Below, piece after piece: positions 58,491 through 64,000 of a stretch of DNA of 64,000 nt. This DNA is from a bacterium. Its GTDB lineage: Bacteria; Patescibacteriota; Microgenomatia; JAMCZE01. The translations under genes were made by a program, and so were the position numbers. Below the pieces are notes generated by a model, which was given only the letters and a program-made list of their open reading frames with translations, made no database searches and was not told the DNA's origin. The DNA is taken from contig JAKBJL010000002.1 of NCBI GenBank assembly GCA_021836035.1, positions 3,691 through 67,690 of the forward strand, written 5' to 3'. Within the stretch, counting starts at the first letter, position 1. Every line of letters begins with the position of its first letter.

Positions 58491-59800
58491 ATGATATCTT
58501 GATATCTAATATTAAGTTTCTGAATTAAAAACCGGTGTTTCCCTCTTTTAGTCAGGGGAATTTCCTTAACTTTTTCAGGCTTAATCAACAGATCGTCACC
58601 AAATTTTGCCGATAATCTCTGCAGCATTTTATTTTCCGAACTGCGTGATAAATCCGCTTTGGGGATATAACGCAGAGATACTTCTCCCGGTCTTTGCTGA
58701 AAGAACTGGAACTGCTTTAAAAGATCAAACGTGTGATCGTGCATATTGATGGCTGTCATGGATATATATCTGCCGCCCTTGGTAATTACAAATTCCTGCA
58801 ACCGACCGTCAATTTTTTCCCATATTTGGTAGGGCCTGCCGCACCGGGAGCATCTTTCGGCCCTAAAGGTGGCTAAATCCATTGTGCGGTATCTAATAAA
58901 CGGGGTTGCCTTCATAATAAATGAAGTGGCAATTATTTCGCCCACCTCTCCCGGGCGGTTAACCAATTTTCCGTTTTTATCCCTCAGTTCCGCATATCCG
59001 TATTGCGGCAAAACATGATAATCGTCCGTATATTCGCAGTAACCCGCTAAAACCGAACATTCATAATGTCCGTAATGACTGAAAATACGGCAACCAAATA
59101 CCTCAGACATGGTCTGCTTCTGGAAATCATATAAGTTTTCAGAGGCACATAACACTCCTTTTAGCTTGGGAAATTTGAGGTTGTTTTCTTTTAGAAAGCT
59201 GGCAAATATATAACCCGATGAGGGGTAACAACGTAAAAACCGGGGTTTGTAATTTAAAGCTCTTTGGCGGTATTTCTCCATATATTCGGGCGTTAAGAAA
59301 TAAGAAGAACATCTTAGTTCATTGAAACGGGGATAATAACGCATATGCTTTTTATTATTAACCGGCAATCCGCGTAACACCATTTGTCTGGCATTTTCTT
59401 TCCAGCCGATCCGGTAGTATTGGTAAGCCTTAGAAGCAAGCTCGCGGCCAAAACTTTCCGGGTCCCGGTAAAATCCAAAGGGTATGCCCGTACTTCCGCC
59501 GGTAGTTATATATTGCCTGCGCTTGATATTCACGGAAAAGCTCTCCTGATTATCACGTATCGTTTCTTTATCCACCAACAGTATAGAAGAAAAGTCGGCG
59601 AAACTATTGATATTTTCGGGATCGACTCCGGATTTGCGATATAGACTACGGTAGCCTTCGGTATTATAGAAAGCGTATTTAATAAGTTCTTTTATCTTGC
59701 TTAATTGATAGGCTTTAATCTCATCCCGCGACCAGGTTTCTGTTGACTTTAAAAAAGAAAGCCATTTCCGATAATAAGGGTTCTTTAGATCGGTATGCAT
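58487..59800 (-). CDS. CapK/phenylacetate-CoA ligase-like adenylate-forming enzyme
   Basis: TTGGSTG, YGHYE, PFIRYRTMD, IDGR, RGKHR. Confidence 0.88.
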   Translation of the reverse strand: MHTDLKNPYYRKWLSFLKSTETWSRDEIKAYQLSKIKELIKYAFYNTEGYRSLYRKSGVDPENINSFADFSSILLVDKETIRDNQESFSVNIKRRQYITTGGSTGIPFGFYRDPESFGRELASKAYQYYRIGWKENARQMVLRGLPVNNKKHMRYYPRFNELRCSSYFLTPEYMEKYRQRALNYKPRFLRCYPSSGYIFASFLKENNLKFPKLKGVLCASENLYDFQKQTMSEVFGCRIFSHYGHYECSVLAGYCEYTDDYHVLPQYGYAELRDKNGKLVNRPGEVGEIIATSFIMKATPFIRYRTMDLATFRAERCSRCGRPYQIWEKIDGRLQEFVITKGGRYISMTAINMHDHTFDLLKQFQFFQQRPGEVSLRYIPKADLSRSSENKMLQRLSAKFGDDLLIKPEKVKEIPLTKRGKHRFLIQKLNIRYQDII

Positions 59801-59818
59801 ATTTTTCTCCCTGTTAAG

Positions 59819-61057
59819 CTAAAACTTAGTCTCTTTAAGTCTCAAGCCCGCTAACCCCCAATTCGGGGTATTAAAAATAATCGGTTTATTACTTCGGCCC
59901 ATCTTGTTTAAATAACCGCGAAGATCGCGATTTTTCAGATAAGGAATTTTTTCCCTGTCTAAACGCCGGAATATATTTTGGACCTTAGCAAACGACCAAC
60001 TCGGTCCATAGCTATGTTCAATATGATATATTTCCATGGGTGATTTTAAAACCAGCTCTTTGTTGCCGGCAAAATGGGCAAGATAGCAGAGCAGCGAGTC
60101 AAGATGGAAGGAGTATATCGGCATTTCCGGATACCCTCTCACTCGCAGCCAGCTGTCCCTCGACAAGAGAGTGAAGTCTCCGCAGGCATTAGTATGAAGA
60201 TTTATTTCCCCTCTTAAAAAATAGCGGTAATCTATTTGGCCGAGAAGCATTTTCCTGAGTATTTTTCCCAGTTTTCTTAAGAGAAATACCCTTCGCATGA
60301 TAAAAGGCTTGATTTCCCCAATTGTTAATTGTCCCTTGCGGGGCGGGAAATAGGGAAAAAAGTCTTTTATAAAATGCCAAACTATATTCCAGATTGTTGT
60401 TAGTGCCTGCCAGGACTTTGAACGGGATAAGAAATTATCTTTTGAAATCCGTGCCATAACATGTTTATAGAAACGATATTGCCAGTACCATTTAAATACT
60501 CTTGTCTTTCCGCGCTCATTAACCCGCAGAACATGATTCCGGCAATACTCCAGTTGCTTATTTAAGGAAGCCGCGGGTATCTGTGAATCCGCGTCTATCC
60601 GGTCAAGGCGGTACATATATTTAGTATCCAGCCTCCTCTCGCTCAGGAAACTGATTGTTTCGTTGGAGAATAAAATATCCATGTTGGTTGCCAAAATATA
60701 GTCTCCTTGGGCTCTCCTTATGCCAACATTTTTCGCAAGCATCTGAAAAATCGGCAACTTTTTGGCATTATCCAGTTTTTTATGAACAGACGACGGAACA
60801 CGGATAATTCTAATAGTAAAATAATTACGATTGGGCAAAATAGTTAAAGCCCTGTCCAGGGATAAAGTTCCGGGCGGAGGGTTCCATTCCACTAAGATTA
60901 ATTCGCACGGCAACTTGAAATGTTCCGCCTGCTCGGTTAAAGCGTTAACGAATAACTGCATTCTGTTTAACATATTTCCGCCGTGGTTATCGTTGCGGGA
61001 GGTAACCACGATGGAAAGATATGGTTTACTGTTTAAATTTCGCTTAGAAAGATACAT
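59819..61057 (-). CDS. Putative GT2-like glycosyltransferase
   Basis: LSIVVTSRND, KNVGIRRA, TNMDI, HTNACGDF. Confidence 0.7.
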   Translation of the reverse strand: MYLSKRNLNSKPYLSIVVTSRNDNHGGNMLNRMQLFVNALTEQAEHFKLPCELILVEWNPPPGTLSLDRALTILPNRNYFTIRIIRVPSSVHKKLDNAKKLPIFQMLAKNVGIRRAQGDYILATNMDILFSNETISFLSERRLDTKYMYRLDRIDADSQIPAASLNKQLEYCRNHVLRVNERGKTRVFKWYWQYRFYKHVMARISKDNFLSRSKSWQALTTIWNIVWHFIKDFFPYFPPRKGQLTIGEIKPFIMRRVFLLRKLGKILRKMLLGQIDYRYFLRGEINLHTNACGDFTLLSRDSWLRVRGYPEMPIYSFHLDSLLCYLAHFAGNKELVLKSPMEIYHIEHSYGPSWSFAKVQNIFRRLDREKIPYLKNRDLRGYLNKMGRSNKPIIFNTPNWGLAGLRLKETKF

Positions 61058-61149
61058 GTTTGTTTTTAACAGCAATAATAATACCGCTGAGATTCCGGTG
61101 GGATTTATATCTACGGATGGTATTTACGGCTTTGTGTAAAGCCAAATAC

Positions 61150-61610
61150 TCGTTTCCATCGGTTTCCGATTTATTAACATCTGCCCTCTCCGGCTGATAT
61201 ATTATTAACATATTCAGGCCGGAGGGTTAACCGCTTGCTATCTGCGAAATTTCCTTACCGTTATCGCTACGCGCAGCAACACGATTTACCCCGATATTCA
61301 TATAACCGTTTAGGCAAAAATTTCTATTAAGGGACTTTAATTCCCTGCGGCCCGGCTCGATAACTACTGCCTTACCCTTATCCCCCGCTTATTTAAGTAT
61401 ATGTGCCCCCATTTGCCCCCCGCCTCGATAAAAACCCTTCCCCGCTTTAGCTAAGTATTCGGGAATGAGGGTTTCTTCGGCTCAAATGCCCGGTTGACGA
61501 ACAAGCAGCAGCTGATATCCGTACCTAAAGCAATTACCATTTTTCGATTTGTTGAAGTAATTGCGAATCTTCCTTCTTATCATTTTCAGGATATTCCTTA
61601 CAAATACCTG
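61150..61610 (-). pseudogene. FkbM-family methyltransferase relic
   Basis: Manual translation: LGTDISCCLFV..AFEP...*LKRGRVFIEAGG, frameshift, GDKGKAVVIEPGRRELKSLNRNFCLNG...SG*; several stops; boundaries approximate. Confidence 0.7.
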
Positions 61611-61665
61611 CTGCCATAGCGCCTTGATCTGCTTTATATAAATTGATAACTGAGAGCTGAAACGT

Positions 61666-62409
61666 TTATAAGGGCATTATTCCTTTGGCCCTAATTTTGG
61701 ATTTGGCAGCGATGAATATTTTCCGATGCAGTGCTTCTTTATCGGAAAACTCCAAATTATTTTTAAATTTAAATTTAAAATCGGGGTAATCCGGCAGGAT
61801 TTTAGGCGTATATAGGTATCTGAACCCTGACTTTTCCAATTTAAGACGGATAAAATTTATAGTTGGTCGGCAGGCCAGGGTAGTGAGAGACTGGTTAACG
61901 GCAGTTGTTTCTTCCTCAAATCTCACCAGCGGCTTATCATAATCGCAGATAACCGTTTCTATAAGCAGGATATCCTTACACAGTTTACACATCCTCTCCA
62001 ATACTAACGCGGGATTTTCCGTATGATAAAGTAGGCCATAACAGAAAACGATATCAAATTTTTTTAAACCACGAAGGCTGGATCTTTCAATATCGATTAC
62101 CCTAGCCGGGAGCTGGGGATAGCGGGACTTTAAAATCCGAATATTTTCTTTGCGTCCGTCCACGCACAATACCGGGCAATTTTTTGCCGTAAAATAACCG
62201 GCCAGGTGTCCGATTCCGCACCCGATATCTATTACCGATTTACCCCTAAAGGCAATTCCCAGGGTATCCAGGTTTGCCAATCGTGCTTTGTTAATCTCCA
62301 GGGCAGCCGGATAGTCAAACACGTCTTCGGGTTTGCGGAATATGAATTTCGGCGAAGATGTCGCGCCGTTTATTTTCCAAAAATTGGTAATTCTATGAAT
62401 CATGGACAT
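61666..62409 (-). CDS. Class I SAM-dependent methyltransferase
   Basis: VIDIGCGIG, FDIVFCYGLLYHTENP. Confidence 0.88.
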   Translation of the reverse strand: MSMIHRITNFWKINGATSSPKFIFRKPEDVFDYPAALEINKARLANLDTLGIAFRGKSVIDIGCGIGHLAGYFTAKNCPVLCVDGRKENIRILKSRYPQLPARVIDIERSSLRGLKKFDIVFCYGLLYHTENPALVLERMCKLCKDILLIETVICDYDKPLVRFEEETTAVNQSLTTLACRPTINFIRLKLEKSGFRYLYTPKILPDYPDFKFKFKNNLEFSDKEALHRKIFIAAKSKIRAKGIMPL

Positions 62410-62980
62410 AAATTATGATATTTTTTTATCACCTGGTTTGTGGGACCATCAAGAATCGTCAAACCCTTATCAAGCAATATCGTCCGCGGGCAAAGGGTTT
62501 TTACCGCATCCAGATTATGGCTGACAAATATTACCGTACGTTTTTGTGATCCCGTTAAATCCTTAATTTTTTGCAGGCATTTCTTTTGAAACCTCTCGTC
62601 GCCTACCGATAATACTTCATCAATTAGCATAATTTCGGTGTTTAAATGGGCTGCAACGGCGAAAGCTAAGCCCATATACATCCCCGAGGAATAATGTTTG
62701 ACCGGGGTATCAATAAAATTCCCTATCTCGGAAAAATCGACTATTTCACCGAATTTTCTATTGATTTCCCCCTGTTTCATACCTAATATTGCGCCATTAA
62801 AATAGATGTTTTCCCTACCGGTTAATTCGGGGCTAAAACCGGTACCCACCTCTAAAAGGCTGCTCATTTTACCGGTAAATTGAAATTCGCCCCGTGTGGG
62901 TAAGGTAACCCTGCTGAGTATCTTCAACAGGGTACTCTGGCCTGATCCGTTGCGCCCGATAAGCCCCAACACTTCCGCCT
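62400..62980 (-). pseudogene. Wzt-type ABC ATPase lacking its N-terminus, with a mutated Walker A
   Basis: GRNGSGQST (K to Q), LTGRENI, YSSGMYMGL, LIDEVL, VSH; 5' end replaced by GT4 sequence. Confidence 0.8.
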
Positions 62981-63664
62981 TTGCTTATTAACCAGAGCAA
63001 CGGCTTCGATTATCCCGTCAACATTTTTCCAGGGTACTAACCGTCCGAAATAAATTACCCGATAAACATCTTTCTTGCGGAATACCCTTTTTGCAGTTTC
63101 GGGGATTTCCACCGCGTTGTAAATAACCCGGATTTTCAATTTAATTACGCCGTATTTATCGGCAACAATATCCGCCAGGAATTTTGAAGGAACAATTATC
63201 GCGTCGGACAAATTAAACGAGATTTTTGTCAGGAATTTTATGATTAAATAAGTAAGTCCTGCGTCGGTGTGATCTAAAAAATTCGGCAAAAACTTCTGTG
63301 TTCGACCGTTAGCAAAAGCCGTTTCCCAGGCAGGACCTCCGACATATTTAATCAGGGCTCTTTTCCCGACTAATTTCCCCACTATAACGGTAGCAAGACC
63401 GACGACAAGGGGATCCTGGGCATAAAACACTTCGCAATTGCTGCCGTATTTCAGAATCTTTTGGACTAAATTTATCTGCCGGATAAGGGAGCCGCCCCTT
63501 TGGGTAACGGAAACGACCTGGGTACCGGCATATCTCTCCAGATTTTTGGTAAAGGTTAAAACCTTAGAGGCATGTTCTTTTAGTCTTTTGATTATTTCCG
63601 GGACATATGAAGCAGGTCCGCCGATCTCCGGAGGAAATATCGCCGTGGTAATAAGAACCCTCAT
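62980..63664 (-). pseudogene. Truncated GT4, diverged paralogue of 50009-51160
   Basis: FPPEIGGPASYVPEIIKRLK...GRLVPWKNVDGIIEAVALVNK, then abrupt switch to wzt sequence; EX7E motif lost. Confidence 0.85.
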
Positions 63665-63682
63665 CAAACGATTATCTTCCTG

Positions 63683-63868
63683 CTAAAATACTTTAGCAAG
63701 CTCTTGAGCTACAAACAGACGACCCTTATCGCTTAGATGTTCATTAATCGGTCCCTCAGTTTCCCAGACAAAATCTTCTGTGGGAAGAGAAAAAGAGAGA
63801 TCTAAAACTATCACATAATTTCCCACAAGCACATTTTTCACTATTTTAATATTGTCGGTGATCACTTC
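63683..63868 (-). pseudogene. 3' stub of a paralogue of the SGNH-like gene 51176-52153
   Basis: VLDLSFSLPTEDFVWETEGPINEHLSDKGRL versus VLDLSYSLPSADFVWKTEGPINEHLGDKGRL. Confidence 0.85.
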
Positions 63869-64000
63869 TCAGCTCTTGATACCTATTCCTTTTACTGACA
63901 AGGGTAATTATAGCCTGAGCCAATGAATCAGGATCTTCGGGCTTAGAAAATATTGCGTTTGCTTCGAATATATTTTCCCGTATCGATAGCAGACCACCAG
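63846..64000 (-). pseudogene. GT4 C-terminal fragment running off the window edge, fused to the SGNH stub
   Basis: NAIFSKPEDPDSLAQAIITLV...YQELR; lacks the normal terminal helix. Confidence 0.55.

Overview
The window looks like a Patescibacteria/CPR chromosome, probably Microgenomates-like. This is inferred from the alpha2-type GlyRS, short FtsQ/MurE, many GT-C genes, overlapping genes and apparent leaderless promoters. It has four zones. (1) 1-4782 is a decayed prophage/integrative remnant with an integrase pseudogene, lysis genes and a virion-gene stub. It also carries apparently intact cargo, notably a DUF3800-family gene with a convergent, promoter-driven, ~135-nt structured RNA at its 3' end. 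(2) 4783-24520 holds a 3'-truncated ileS fused to phage DNA, preceded by a T-box antiterminator/terminator that begins inside the ftsZ stop codon. Then come the dcw cluster (mraZ to ftsZ, no murF/ddl), interrupted by a Nudix stub, a Gre-like gene and an internally deleted ribA, followed by a frameshifted glyS and recO. (3) 24517-49068 is a long surface-glycan operon with GT2/GT4 genes, about seven GT-C-like membrane transferases, a ligase-GT fusion, a flippase and one gene in reverse orientation. (4) 49065-64000 is an AT-richer polysaccharide-modification block (MBOAT plus SGNH-like partner, nucleotide-sugar enzymes, DUF362, CapK-like ligase) whose right end is a mosaic of pseudogenes and a diverged duplicate. 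No CRISPR array, rRNA or tRNA was seen. All calls come from motif recognition by eye; no searches were run.
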